DNA of 60,830 nt from Candidatus Moraniibacteriota bacterium. Its GTDB lineage: Bacteria > Patescibacteriota > Minisyncoccia > Moranbacterales > GCA-2747515. The position numbers and the translations under genes are program-made. The notes below the pieces were generated by a model, which was given only the letters and a program-made list of their open reading frames with translations, did no database searches and was not told where the DNA came from. The stretch spans positions 1-60,830 of the forward strand of contig PDPP01000019.1 in the NCBI GenBank assembly GCA_002747515.1, written 5' to 3'. How positions within the stretch are numbered: the stretch's first letter is position 1; each line of letters begins with the position of its first letter. This document shows positions 26,026-35,995 of the stretch, piece by piece.

Positions 26026-27546
26026 TTAATACATAATCACACTCACCGGACGCATTTTAGCAACGACGTGTCCGATGCCATTGTCTTCGACGCCTTCGAT
26101 GACGCGAGAGATGTCTTTGTAGCGGGCGGAGTCTTGGTTGATGACGATGGAGGATTGGGCGTTGTAGAGTTTGACGCCTTTTTCTTCCATTTTTTGGAAG
26201 AGTTCGTCTTTGTTGGTGATTTCTTTTTCGTTTTTATTTGTGCCTTTACCTGTACCGTGTGGTGCGGAATAGAAGCTTTCTGTGTTTTTGTCTGTGCCGA
26301 CACAGATGTAGGCATCTGTGCTCATTGATGATGGGATAAATGCCGGTTCACCAATTTCTTTGTAGAGAGGGTGGTGCGTCATTTTGCTCGGTCCGTAGGC
26401 ACGGGATGTGTTTGAACGGTGTACCCAGACATCTGTGTCAAAGTGATTTTCTTGTGTGATAGAAATGTGTGGGAGATCATAAATAAGGTCCATTTCCGGA
26501 TCACGTCCGAGTGTTTTTTTGATTGCTTTTGATACATTGTGCGCGATGATGGCACGGTTTGCTGTGCCAAAGTTTGATGCAGCTGCACGAGCTGTCATGT
26601 ACATCTCACCATCTGGTCCGTCACCGTTAAATTTAAGAAGAGAATCATCATGTGACATGTGTTTTTTGATATCTGCTTGCATTTTTTTGTATACATCTTT
26701 TTTGCGTGTATTAAATGTCATGCGTCCGAGTGTCACCATGAGCGCTTGTGAGAGATGTTCGCGTTTTTTTGCTGTGTGTGTGTACATCGTGTATTGTCCG
26801 AGTATGCCAGAGCCAGTGTGTACCATAAAGAGGTATTGTCCTTTTTTGATACCCATTTTTTCTGCTTTTTCTACATCCACAATATCAGTAACTTTCATCA
26901 TATCGAGGAAATGGTTGCCAGCAGCACCGAGTATGCCGAGGCGATATTTTGCAAAGTGGAGATAGAGTTTTGGGATGACATCAAAGATGTCTTGACGAGA
27001 TAATTCTCTGTTGTGGAAATTACCGCCACACTGTGTGTTTTCTAGTTCATTTTTTGTTTTGATGCCAAAGTGATCAATTGCAGCAACAGTGCCTTTGCGA
27101 CAAATATCAGTGACGACATCAAACGGTGCTTTTGTGCCGATAAATTTTTTAGTTGGGACATCTTGCACGAGTTGATTAAAAAGCATGTGAATGTCTTCTT
27201 CGCCGATGTTGTTTTCTGTGAGACTGGTTTTGAGGAGGCGCATCCCACAGTTTGGGTCGGAGTCATTGACTTGTGGGAGGATGTATTTTTCTGAGACAAT
27301 TGTTGTGCCGGATGCGTTTTTGCGTCCAGGTTTTGAGCACACATCTGGCATGGCGACTGTGCGCTTGAAGAGTGTGTCTTTGTTTGATGCGATGTCTTCT
27401 GCTTTTGCAAATGTCTCTGTGTCTGGCAGCAAGTCTTCACTCATGAAAAACCGTGCCGGTACATCCATTTTGTCTGTTTGAAAATCAAACTGATGTTCGG
27501 TGATTTTTTTTATGTTATTCTTATAGTTCTTTGTAGATTTGTCCAT
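26026..27546 (-). CDS. rtcB: RtcB-family RNA 3'-phosphate ligase
   Basis: MPDVCSKPG, DPNCGMR (Asp/Cys metal site), GAAGNHFLD, MVHTGSGILG and SAPHGTGKG (position of the GMP-histidine) follow the RtcB motif order. 506 aa. Confidence 0.85.
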   Translation of the reverse strand: MDKSTKNYKNNIKKITEHQFDFQTDKMDVPARFFMSEDLLPDTETFAKAEDIASNKDTLFKRTVAMPDVCSKPGRKNASGTTIVSEKYILPQVNDSDPNCGMRLLKTSLTENNIGEEDIHMLFNQLVQDVPTKKFIGTKAPFDVVTDICRKGTVAAIDHFGIKTKNELENTQCGGNFHNRELSRQDIFDVIPKLYLHFAKYRLGILGAAGNHFLDMMKVTDIVDVEKAEKMGIKKGQYLFMVHTGSGILGQYTMYTHTAKKREHLSQALMVTLGRMTFNTRKKDVYKKMQADIKKHMSHDDSLLKFNGDGPDGEMYMTARAAASNFGTANRAIIAHNVSKAIKKTLGRDPEMDLIYDLPHISITQENHFDTDVWVHRSNTSRAYGPSKMTHHPLYKEIGEPAFIPSSMSTDAYICVGTDKNTESFYSAPHGTGKGTNKNEKEITNKDELFQKMEEKGVKLYNAQSSIVINQDSARYKDISRVIEGVEDNGIGHVVAKMRPVSVIMY

Positions 27547-28669
27547 ATTGTTTTGCTGTCTGAGTTATATTAAATGTTTTGTGTGCAAATGCAAATGCAT
27601 TTTCACCAAGATTTGTGCATTTTTCTGGATTATTTACTAGTTCACAAATCATATTTTTTAATGCGTCAGAATTTGCTTTTGGTATTATAGCATTGATCTC
27701 GGGACTAGAAAACTCTTTGAATAGGGGAAGATCTGATGCGATTACTGGTTTTTTGCATGCATACGGCTCTATCATTGCAAGTGGCACATCAAATTTACCA
27801 CGCATATTTTCTACAGGAAAGATGATAATGTCAGAAAGGTTATATATGGCATTCATATCGTAGACTGTGTCAGTAAATACAACCTTGTTTGCATGTCCTG
27901 CTAATGCAAATTTTTTTTGTACTTCTTTTTTCTTTGACGCATCTAAATCATTTTTTACACGACAGTTACAGAGATAGAGGATATCATAATTTTTTTTATC
28001 TTGCCATAAATCTATGAAAGCATCGACAATCATATCCGTTGCTCCAAGTCGGACATATTCTCCAGAATATGTTACAATCTTTTTTTTTGAAGAAATTTTC
28101 CATTTTTCCATAAGTGCAGAATTTTTTTCTTCTGGTATATATTTACTCAAATCAATACCAGGATAAATGTGATATACATTTGTAAATCCGAGATTGCGTA
28201 ATTTTTTTTGTCCCCATTGGGAATACATTACAAGCACATCACCAAAAAACATGTGTTTCAAATCTTTTGTAGAATACAAATCATCACGCACAGTTGCAAT
28301 GGTTTGTACAACTTTTACTTTTTTATTTTTGAGAAGCATCTTTATCACAAAACTATTGATTTTTGTTGGTGTAAAGAGTAGGTGAATGACATCAAAATCA
28401 TCACTATTTTTTCGCAGATAATTCACAAGACGTAATTTTTGCGAAAGAGAAAAATGGTTTTGTGTATATATCTTTTTTTGCGTGATATGCTCGGGTGTAT
28501 TGGAAATTTTTTTGTCCACAAGGATTGTAATATCGTGATCTGTAACATTTTTTGCAAGATCAAAGGCAAAATTTTTACTTGCTTCATCCCACGGCGGAGA
28601 GAGTGGACGTGTGATAAAAAGAATTTTTTTGCGTGATTGAGATGTTGACATTTTATTGAAATTGTACAA
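27521..28669 (-). CDS. glycosyltransferase family 4 (GT-B fold)
   Basis: 382 aa. N-terminal KKILFITRPLSPPWDEASKN and a C-terminal nucleotide-sugar half (FDVPLAMIEPYACKKPVIASD). Its stop overlaps the rtcB start by 26 nt. Confidence 0.78.
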   Translation of the reverse strand: MYNFNKMSTSQSRKKILFITRPLSPPWDEASKNFAFDLAKNVTDHDITILVDKKISNTPEHITQKKIYTQNHFSLSQKLRLVNYLRKNSDDFDVIHLLFTPTKINSFVIKMLLKNKKVKVVQTIATVRDDLYSTKDLKHMFFGDVLVMYSQWGQKKLRNLGFTNVYHIYPGIDLSKYIPEEKNSALMEKWKISSKKKIVTYSGEYVRLGATDMIVDAFIDLWQDKKNYDILYLCNCRVKNDLDASKKKEVQKKFALAGHANKVVFTDTVYDMNAIYNLSDIIIFPVENMRGKFDVPLAMIEPYACKKPVIASDLPLFKEFSSPEINAIIPKANSDALKNMICELVNNPEKCTNLGENAFAFAHKTFNITQTAKQYGQIYKEL

Positions 28670-28732
28670 TAATGGTTAATTGTTCTTTATAATAGTATCC
28701 TAGCATACATTTTTAAGAAAAAGGAGGAAGAA

Positions 28733-29059
28733 ATGGATATCATAGCGTTTGTTAAAGCAGGTGTGTTTGGAGTTTTTTGTGGTATATTGTTTATTTTTGT
28801 TGGATGGATAAAGCTAAGCTTTGTAAAATCTCTGAAAAGTGAAATACTAATTCATTTATACAAGAGAAGTATTATCATATGTGCATTCGGAACATTGTTT
28901 GGGATACCTTTTTATATGACAGTACAATATTTTGATATAAACATGAATCCTTTCGTAGGTATCTTCATTCTTTCATGTGTCAGTTTTTGGCCTATTGTAA
29001 TGATAGGTAACATCCTTATTGCAAAAATAAAAGATAGACACGAACACTGTACAAAATAA
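28733..29059 (+). CDS. hypothetical small membrane protein (108 aa, about 3 helices)
   Basis: AAGGAGGAAG RBS 5 nt upstream. No motif recognised. Confidence 0.5.
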   Translation: MDIIAFVKAGVFGVFCGILFIFVGWIKLSFVKSLKSEILIHLYKRSIIICAFGTLFGIPFYMTVQYFDINMNPFVGIFILSCVSFWPIVMIGNILIAKIKDRHEHCTK

Positions 29060-29084
29060 TATTTTGTACAGTGTTATTTTTTTT
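29044..29084. terminator. terminator hairpin between convergent genes
   Basis: Perfect 14-bp stem acactgtacaaaat (29044-29057) / attttgtacagtgt (29061-29074), followed by T-run tatttttttt. Confidence 0.85.
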
Positions 29085-29421
29085 CAATTGTTTTTTCTGT
29101 TTCGCCATCTGTAACTGTGATGGTAATTGGTTTGATATTTTTGCTATTTTCTACTTTTATTAATTTTTGCTCACCGTTATTTAATGGGATGTCATTAGAT
29201 TCTAATTCTTTTTCTTTGGAGTGTACTTTATAAATAAAAAGATTCTTTTTAGATGCATTGTCAATGATAAATGCGTTATCACTTCCGATAGGATCCACAA
29301 AATAAATACTCCAAAAATCTTGACTGTCTTTGCGTTGTTTTTGCTCAGTATAAAATAAAAATAATATACTGATGACGAGCGTGATGATTGTTATAGTAAT
29401 AATAATGTATTGTGATTTCAT
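29074..29421 (-). CDS. hypothetical membrane-anchored protein (115 aa)
   Basis: N-terminal helix IIITITIITLVISILFLF followed by a small soluble domain. No motif recognised. Confidence 0.5.
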   Translation of the reverse strand: MKSQYIIITITIITLVISILFLFYTEQKQRKDSQDFWSIYFVDPIGSDNAFIIDNASKKNLFIYKVHSKEKELESNDIPLNNGEQKLIKVENSKNIKPITITVTDGETEKTIEKK

Positions 29422-29485
29422 TTTTTTGAAAATTAGCAGGTAATAAATGGTGTGTGAAATGATAATTGTTTTTGTAAAGAAAGTG

Positions 29486-31477
29486 CTATTTTCTTACAAA
29501 AAGACTTAATTCATTGTTTTGATAGATGCGATAAAAGTTTTCAGAATGTAAAAATTGGGAAGCATCTTGTTCTGTGTTGACAAGTATGATTTTAGTTGAA
29601 AGATTAGTGAAGCAACTTTGTGCTTCAGGGGATTCTGGGGAAGATATCATGTGCAGTGTGCAACGTTCACGATTTGGATTGGTCTCATAACGTTTAAAAT
29701 AACTGCGGGATAATGGATAAGAATAATCATGAGCAAAAAATACTTTAAGCCATGTATCTGCTGTAATGTAATTATGATCTTTAATCATCCAATAATCATT
29801 ATTTTCAGCATTTTTGCCAAAAGCTTTATTGGCGTAATGTCCAGCGTGAAATGTTTGAAGAGCGCTATTCGTTTTTGGCATGTCATTCATGCTTGTGGAA
29901 TTGTCACGCATGCCTGTGGCAAATGCATATGTAAGTGTGATGAAAAAAAATGTCAATATGATACCTTGTGGAATGAAAAATCTTTTATCTTTGTTTCGTA
30001 GGAGTGTTGTGCCAAGCCATACAAGAGAAAAAGCGGAAAGAATTGCGAGAGGAAATGCACTATATGTGGCAATACGTGATGAAATAATATTAACTTGAAG
30101 GATATGTGGGAACATGCTCATACCAAGAAGCGCTCCGCACCACCCTAAGATAAGTGATCCAGCATAAATATTGACTGGATAGTGTTTTTTGTCGATGTGA
30201 TCAAGTTTGCCATATCGCCATAAGGACATAAATCCAGTAACTGCAAAAAAGCCAATAAGACCAAGTATAAATCGTGTCTCTCCAAGCATGTACATCATCT
30301 GATTAAAATGAATTCCTGTGCGTGTAGATTTGCTCGGAGCTCCAACAGAAGAAGAAACAGTTTCACCATTGAGATAGGAGGGAGGATGAAGAAAAAAGAG
30401 TGATGCAATGACAATGATAAGCAAAGGAATGATATAATAGTTTTTAATTAGCAAAAAAATATTTTTATATCCTCTAAGTCCTTTCCTTTGAAAAATAATA
30501 AATGTTATGATGCTAAAGATAAATATATAACCAAATATGAACGTACTGAGATGATGTGTGTAAGCAAGAGCGGTTGCCGTTATGATTGCAGGGATGAGTA
30601 ATGTGGGTTTTTTTTCGCAAAAAGCACGATAGAGAAAATAAATTATTGTTGGAATTAATAAATTTCCAATAATATTGCCGATTACACCACCACTGACAAA
30701 TTTTGCACCAGCACCGCTAATTGCCCACAATGGTCCAGTAAAAAGCAAGGAAAAAATTGATACAATATCTCCATGTGTATATGTACTGGTTAATTGTCGT
30801 GTAAGTATAAATATCATGAGTACTGTGAAGATGTTGATGATAAAAAGTATAAGGGAAGGAAATATACTTACAGTTGTTTGACCAGTAAATGTTTTAATTG
30901 TAGCAAAAATAACGTGTTCTCCTACGATAAAATCAGCAATAGGTTTTGGTTTTGAAAGAAATATTTCATCATTTTTAACGAGTATTTCAGTTTTTTTGTA
31001 TTCTGGAAGTGATTGTTCTTTTGTAATTTTTTCAACCCAGAACATGTGATGGCCGAGATCTGTTGCAGTAGGAAATATTGCATTTATGAGAAATGTGCCT
31101 TTTATTACAATTGTGAAGACAATCAATATTGTGATTAATATTGCTTGCTTTTTAGTAAATGTAAATATTTGATTTGTATTGTGTTTAAGTTCTTTTTTCT
31201 TTCGAAATATACCAAAACAAAGAAGTGCTAAAACAACACCTAAAACAGAAATTAATGTTGTTTGTGTTAAGGCAAATCCACAGGCATTTGTGATGATAAT
31301 TGCCAAAGTTGTGATAACAAAGCTCATTGGTACAGCGAGTACAAATTTTTCAAGTGGTGCAAATTGTTTGCGATGAAAAAATGCAAGAAGAAAAAGCCAT
31401 CCAGGCATAAAGAGAAGAAAAGATGTAATAGCGATAAATATGATTTGTTCATTAAAAAATATTCCTATCATAGGCAT
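29486..31477 (-). CDS. large polytopic membrane protein, possibly another GT-C-type glycosyltransferase (function unassigned)
   Basis: 663 aa with more than 12 helices, an early loop with TATDLGHHMFW, and a C-terminal soluble domain. The architecture resembles GT-C/YfhO-like proteins but I saw no diagnostic motif. Confidence 0.5.
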   Translation of the reverse strand: MPMIGIFFNEQIIFIAITSFLLFMPGWLFLLAFFHRKQFAPLEKFVLAVPMSFVITTLAIIITNACGFALTQTTLISVLGVVLALLCFGIFRKKKELKHNTNQIFTFTKKQAILITILIVFTIVIKGTFLINAIFPTATDLGHHMFWVEKITKEQSLPEYKKTEILVKNDEIFLSKPKPIADFIVGEHVIFATIKTFTGQTTVSIFPSLILFIINIFTVLMIFILTRQLTSTYTHGDIVSIFSLLFTGPLWAISGAGAKFVSGGVIGNIIGNLLIPTIIYFLYRAFCEKKPTLLIPAIITATALAYTHHLSTFIFGYIFIFSIITFIIFQRKGLRGYKNIFLLIKNYYIIPLLIIVIASLFFLHPPSYLNGETVSSSVGAPSKSTRTGIHFNQMMYMLGETRFILGLIGFFAVTGFMSLWRYGKLDHIDKKHYPVNIYAGSLILGWCGALLGMSMFPHILQVNIISSRIATYSAFPLAILSAFSLVWLGTTLLRNKDKRFFIPQGIILTFFFITLTYAFATGMRDNSTSMNDMPKTNSALQTFHAGHYANKAFGKNAENNDYWMIKDHNYITADTWLKVFFAHDYSYPLSRSYFKRYETNPNRERCTLHMISSPESPEAQSCFTNLSTKIILVNTEQDASQFLHSENFYRIYQNNELSLFVRK

Positions 31478-31567
31478 TATTGACTATTTTTGTATATGTT
31501 GTACAATGATTTTTCATCTAGTTCTTTATCATTATTAATTGTAGCATATATTAAGGAGGAGGTGTGT

Positions 31568-32062
31568 ATGCAAGGTATTATAATATCTTCAATATTGTTT
31601 TTTGTTTTACTCGGTGTTTTGGCAAGTGTCCTTTTTTGTCTTTTAGTTCGGTATGTAATGCGTAAGATCAGGGATGAAGTGGTGATAAATTTATTTATTA
31701 GTCATGCAATTGATGTGTATATGATTAGATTACATCGTGATCTTATGGACAAAGGACTAAATGTAGATGTTTTATATCAAGAATTTGAAGATATTATCAG
31801 GAATTGTGGCGATGATCAGAACTGTATTACTACTGTGAGAAAAAAAATTCACATACTATCTGAACGATATAAAATGTATGCAGACATTAGCAAATATAGC
31901 ACACAATTAATTTGTTTTCTTGGCACAATAGATGAATTTTATTTTTTGCCGATAAAAGCATTTTATTTTTCAGATATTCGAAAAGAGATTGATGACAATA
32001 TAAAACAGGTTGAAAAAGAATATCATAAATTTTTCTTTGCTACTATGTTGACAAAGAATTGA
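31568..32062 (+). CDS. hypothetical membrane-anchored protein (164 aa)
   Basis: Trimmed to ATG 31568, 5 nt after AAGGAGGAGG. One N-terminal helix. No motif recognised. Confidence 0.5.
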   Translation: MQGIIISSILFFVLLGVLASVLFCLLVRYVMRKIRDEVVINLFISHAIDVYMIRLHRDLMDKGLNVDVLYQEFEDIIRNCGDDQNCITTVRKKIHILSERYKMYADISKYSTQLICFLGTIDEFYFLPIKAFYFSDIRKEIDDNIKQVEKEYHKFFFATMLTKN

Positions 32063-32075
32063 AGATGAAACTGAG

Positions 32076-32106
32076 AAAAAGGTTTGTAAAAATACAAACC
32101 TTTTTT
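32076..32106. terminator. bidirectional Rho-independent terminator
   Basis: aaaaaggtttgta (32076-32088) pairs with tacaaaccttttt (32093-32105). A and T runs on both sides. Confidence 0.85.
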
Positions 32107-33202
32107 ATATTTGCGAGAGGATATCAAGATATCTGCGAGAGATTTTTCTCCAGCTTAAATTTTCTACAATGTACGCACGTGCTTGTAGTCCAAAAATTTT
32201 TCTATCAAAATTATCGTCGAATACTTCTTCAATTTTTTGTTTCCATGCAATTGCATCTTCTGATTTAATGAGTATGCCATTTTTGCCATCAGTAATTGCA
32301 TCTTTGAGACCTTCAAGGCGTGCAGCAAGCACTGGAAGACCAGAAACACCTGCTTCGATTACGCTGATTCCAAAACCTTCCATATCATCAGCAACCTTGA
32401 TATTTGGTTGGACAAGTATATCTGAACCAGCAAACAGTGTTTCACGAGTAGAATCGGATACGATACCAAGTAGAACCACACGATCCTCGAGATGTTTTTC
32501 TTTGATGGCAGTTTGTACGTTTTCTTTGTCGATACCATCACCAGCGACAATATAAATATAATTATTATCAAGTTTTGGAAGAACATTTCGGATAAACCAT
32601 GCTACACCTTTTCTTTTTGCTAAACGACCAAATGTGAGAATGCGTTTTTTGTCTTTATATTTTTCACCAATAATATTATAAATCTCATCGTGAGAAATCT
32701 CATCGTGTATAAATTTTTCTGGATGTATGCCATTTGGGATAAAAGTGAAAAGGCTTTTATCAATATTGCGTTTTATACCTTCTGTGATTGTTTGATTACC
32801 AACGGCAATAAGTTTGTCGCATGTAGGGATAAATTTTTGCACCCACCACTTTTGGTAGAAATTATTTTTATATGTAAGATCGAGTCCATGAACAATGCAG
32901 GCGAATTTTTTGTTTTTGTGAAAAAGTTTTGTCCACCATGATGCAATGCCAAGCACACCATCGCCAAGAAGTATTACATCGTATTTGTGAGATATGAATG
33001 GAAGAATGATTAATATGTACAAAAGAAAAAGAGGAAGTGTTTTTTTCCCATGTGTATTAGCAATTGTCTTAGTTGGTGTAATTTTTGGAAGCCAAACAGA
33101 TAATTCATAATTTTGATTTTCTATACCACCAATGATTGGGGGATATGCTCGTGAGATGAAAAGGATTTTCAATTTTTTGTTGTGTTGTTTTGTATGGAAC
33201 AT
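32105..33202 (-). CDS. glycosyltransferase family 4 (GT-B fold)
   Basis: KILFISRAYPPIIGGIENQ at the N-terminus. EGFGISVIEAGVSGLPVLAARLEGLKDAI (E-x7-E region). Confidence 0.85.
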   Translation of the reverse strand: MFHTKQHNKKLKILFISRAYPPIIGGIENQNYELSVWLPKITPTKTIANTHGKKTLPLFLLYILIILPFISHKYDVILLGDGVLGIASWWTKLFHKNKKFACIVHGLDLTYKNNFYQKWWVQKFIPTCDKLIAVGNQTITEGIKRNIDKSLFTFIPNGIHPEKFIHDEISHDEIYNIIGEKYKDKKRILTFGRLAKRKGVAWFIRNVLPKLDNNYIYIVAGDGIDKENVQTAIKEKHLEDRVVLLGIVSDSTRETLFAGSDILVQPNIKVADDMEGFGISVIEAGVSGLPVLAARLEGLKDAITDGKNGILIKSEDAIAWKQKIEEVFDDNFDRKIFGLQARAYIVENLSWRKISRRYLDILSQI

Positions 33203-33284
33203 ATGGTCGAGTTATTTTTGAGATTAGGGTTTTGTCCTAAAATGAAACACCATGTAGATATGAAACATGCATATAGTTATATAT

Positions 33285-34241
33285 TTATGATTTTTTGTTG
33301 TATTTTTCTTTACGCATGCGGTACATTAATTCTTCTGTCAATTGCCGATTTGTTTTAATCATATCAGCAATTAAAGCAAAAACGAGGAATTGTAAGCCAA
33401 TAAGAAAAAGTATTGTAGAAGTTAGGAGATAATTGTAATAGGGAGTGATTTTAAATGTTGAAAGGTAAAGGTGGAGGAAAAAACCAAAAATGATAAGAGA
33501 GATAAATATCAAAAAAAGACCAGGAATGCCAAAAAATTTCATTGGACGCACATCTCGCACAGCTTTAATGATGATTTTTGTGCTATTGCTTACAAATCTC
33601 CATACACTTTTTACAATACGTGATTTTCGATTTTGAAAATATTGGACGTTTACAGGAATCCATTTTAATTTGAGATTTTTTCCAATGGCGTCAATAATCG
33701 TTTCTTGTGTATAAGTAAATCCTGTTACAGAGTTGAGTCGCAGAAGTGCTTCACGGCTATGTGATCGAAATCCACATGTTAAATCATCAATTTTTACATC
33801 AAGAAATTCTCCGACAATGTGAGCTGCAAATGTATTAAGGAATTTTTTGATAAACGGAATACCATCAGCTTTACCACTGGTAAATCTATCACCAATAACG
33901 ATATCAGCCTCACCTTTGAGAATAGGAGTGAGAAAATGTGAAATTTCACTAGAATCAAATTGGCCATCAGCATCAATATTTACCATGATATCAGCGTCAT
34001 TTTTGAGTGCGCTACGAACAGCAGAATTAAAAGCAAAACCGAGTTTACGGTTTGTTTTGTGTACAACGACAATGTCAGCACCCGCTTCACGAGCAATGTC
34101 AGCTGTGCCGTCATGTGATCCATCATCAATAACTTGGATGAGCACTTCATCGATGCCGTCATAAGAACGTGGGATATTTTGGATTGTTTTTCCAATAACC
34201 TGTGCTTCGTTGTATGCTGGAATGTTTATAATTAATTTCAT
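33285..34241 (-). CDS. GT2 polyprenol-phosphate sugar synthase (Dpm1/ArnC/GtrB-like)
   Basis: IPAYNE, VIDDGSHDGT and NIDADGQF motifs, plus two C-terminal helices (FFGIPGLFLIFISLIIFGFF and LLTSTILFLIGLQFLVFALIADMI), as in membrane-anchored polyprenyl-phosphate glycosyltransferases. Confidence 0.82.
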   Translation of the reverse strand: MKLIINIPAYNEAQVIGKTIQNIPRSYDGIDEVLIQVIDDGSHDGTADIAREAGADIVVVHKTNRKLGFAFNSAVRSALKNDADIMVNIDADGQFDSSEISHFLTPILKGEADIVIGDRFTSGKADGIPFIKKFLNTFAAHIVGEFLDVKIDDLTCGFRSHSREALLRLNSVTGFTYTQETIIDAIGKNLKLKWIPVNVQYFQNRKSRIVKSVWRFVSNSTKIIIKAVRDVRPMKFFGIPGLFLIFISLIIFGFFLHLYLSTFKITPYYNYLLTSTILFLIGLQFLVFALIADMIKTNRQLTEELMYRMRKEKYNKKS

Positions 34242-34552
34242 ATATTTTGTTTATTTAATAGTGATATTAATACAATATAAATACTCACCATAACCAATCA
34301 AAATACTATACAGTATTTAATATGTATTGTCTATTATTGTACACGAGTATAGATGCTTGACAAAATAGTATTTTGTATATGTCAGTGCATGTTTTTGAGG
34401 CCGCATTTCAGATGATGTTTACTATATAGAATGTGATGACTATATGACTAAAAGTTCTTACAGTTTCAACCTCTTATTTTTCATCAGGATATTATTACAA
34501 AAAACCAGTTTTGTAACGCAAAACCAGTTTTTTTATTTTTTTATGTAAGATT

Positions 34553-35827
34553 TTATCGTCCTATGCCTTTATAACGAATCTTGTTTTTTGTGATGTCTTT
34601 TTTATTAAGGACATTTTTTCCATCCACAACTACTTTGATATTGTATTTTTTGAGAAATGCACCATCAATTTTATCAAATTCTCCATGATTTGTTACAAGG
34701 ACAAGAGCATCTGATCTTTTGAGAAGTGTTTCTAGTGTTTTGCAAGAAGATTTATTTTTTACATGTGGATCAAATGAGTGCACTTTAGCACCATGATTTT
34801 TCAGAGATTTTTCAATATCATAATATGGTGATTCACGATCATCATCTACATTTGCTTTATACGCAATACCAAGAAGACCGATATTTGTTCCTTTGAGAGG
34901 TAATTTAACTTGGTTAAGTTCATCTTGAAGTAGCTCAACTGTCCAGCTAGGCATGGAATTATTGATTGCTCGCGATGTACGAAGAAACTTGTGGTCAAAA
35001 CCAGCACGTTTTGCACGTTCAATGAGATAGTAGGGGTCAACTGGAATACAGTGTCCACCAATTCCGCAAGAAGGATAGTGTGGCATAAAGGCAAATGGTT
35101 TTGTCGCAGCACCATCGATTACATCTTTTACATCGATGTCAAGACGTTCAAATGATTTTGCAAGTTCGTTGACAAAAGCGATATTAATATCACGAAATGA
35201 ATTTTCCACAACTTTACAGGCTTCTGCTTCACGAATATGTTTCATTGGTCGAATTTCACCGTCAACAATTGTTTCATAAAAGTCGACAGATTTTTTAAGT
35301 CCCTTCTTGGTAAATGCGCCAACGACACGAGGAATATTTGTAACATTCCATTTAGAATCACCAGGATTGATACGTTCTGGACAGTGTGCAATAAACACAT
35401 CTTTACCAACTGCAAAACCCTGTTTTTCAAAAATTGGTCGAACAATTTCTTCAGACACTCCAGGATTTACTGTTGACTCAAGGATAACAAGTGCTTCTTT
35501 TTTAAGGTTTTTTGCAGCCATTTCACAGGCATGGCGTACGGGTTTGAGGTTTGGGTTATAATATTGGTCTACAGGTGTAGGTACGCAAATTAAGACGATA
35601 TCAGCTTTTTTGATTTGTGATTCATCTGATGTTGCAGTGATAGGAAATTTGGGAAGATTTTCATAGAGATATTTTTCTTCAATTGGAGATTTTTTTTTGT
35701 TGATGAGTGTAATTTTTTTTTCATCAAGTTCAATGCCAATTACGTTAAATCCTTTTTCTCGTGCACGAATTGCAAGGGGGAGGCCGACATATCCAAGGCC
35801 GATTACTGCAACAGTTTGCTTTTTCAT
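34553..35827 (-). CDS. nucleotide-sugar dehydrogenase (UDP-N-acetyl-hexosamine dehydrogenase type, WecC/TviB-like)
   Basis: VIGLGYVGLPLA Rossmann motif and catalytic-Cys motif GIGGHCIPVDPYYL. 424 aa. Confidence 0.87.
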   Translation of the reverse strand: MKKQTVAVIGLGYVGLPLAIRAREKGFNVIGIELDEKKITLINKKKSPIEEKYLYENLPKFPITATSDESQIKKADIVLICVPTPVDQYYNPNLKPVRHACEMAAKNLKKEALVILESTVNPGVSEEIVRPIFEKQGFAVGKDVFIAHCPERINPGDSKWNVTNIPRVVGAFTKKGLKKSVDFYETIVDGEIRPMKHIREAEACKVVENSFRDINIAFVNELAKSFERLDIDVKDVIDGAATKPFAFMPHYPSCGIGGHCIPVDPYYLIERAKRAGFDHKFLRTSRAINNSMPSWTVELLQDELNQVKLPLKGTNIGLLGIAYKANVDDDRESPYYDIEKSLKNHGAKVHSFDPHVKNKSSCKTLETLLKRSDALVLVTNHGEFDKIDGAFLKKYNIKVVVDGKNVLNKKDITKNKIRYKGIGR

Positions 35828-35906
35828 AGAGTTTTCATTAAAAATATCACTTCAGTATATAATACTGTATTTTGCATAAATTGCAAAAATATGCAACACT
35901 ACTTCT

Positions 35907-35935
35907 TTGAATACTGGGTGGCTTCATAGTATAAT
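35907..35935 (+). promoter_or_regulatory. sigma70-type promoter
   Basis: TTGAAT (35907-35912), 17-nt spacer, TATAAT (35930-35935), 60 nt upstream of ATG 35996. Confidence 0.55.
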
Positions 35936-35995
35936 GAATGTATTCAGTATGATGGACATGTGTGAAAATTTTTTATTATTTTTTAGGGGGTTATT

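Noticed and set aside
26043-27481. Several 70-150-aa alternative-frame ORFs over rtcB, for example 26519..26965 (+) and 27042..27440 (-).
   Set aside because: They lie entirely within the RtcB CDS, which has a full set of ordered family motifs. Their translations are low-complexity.
28080-28088. Homopolymer tracts of 8-9 nt inside glycan genes (28080-28088, 35690-35698, 35713-35721, 2859-2877) as possible slipped-strand phase-variation switches.
   Set aside because: They encode Lys runs (KKK) in a very AT-rich genome, where such tracts are frequent by composition. Without read-level length variation there is no evidence of phase variation.
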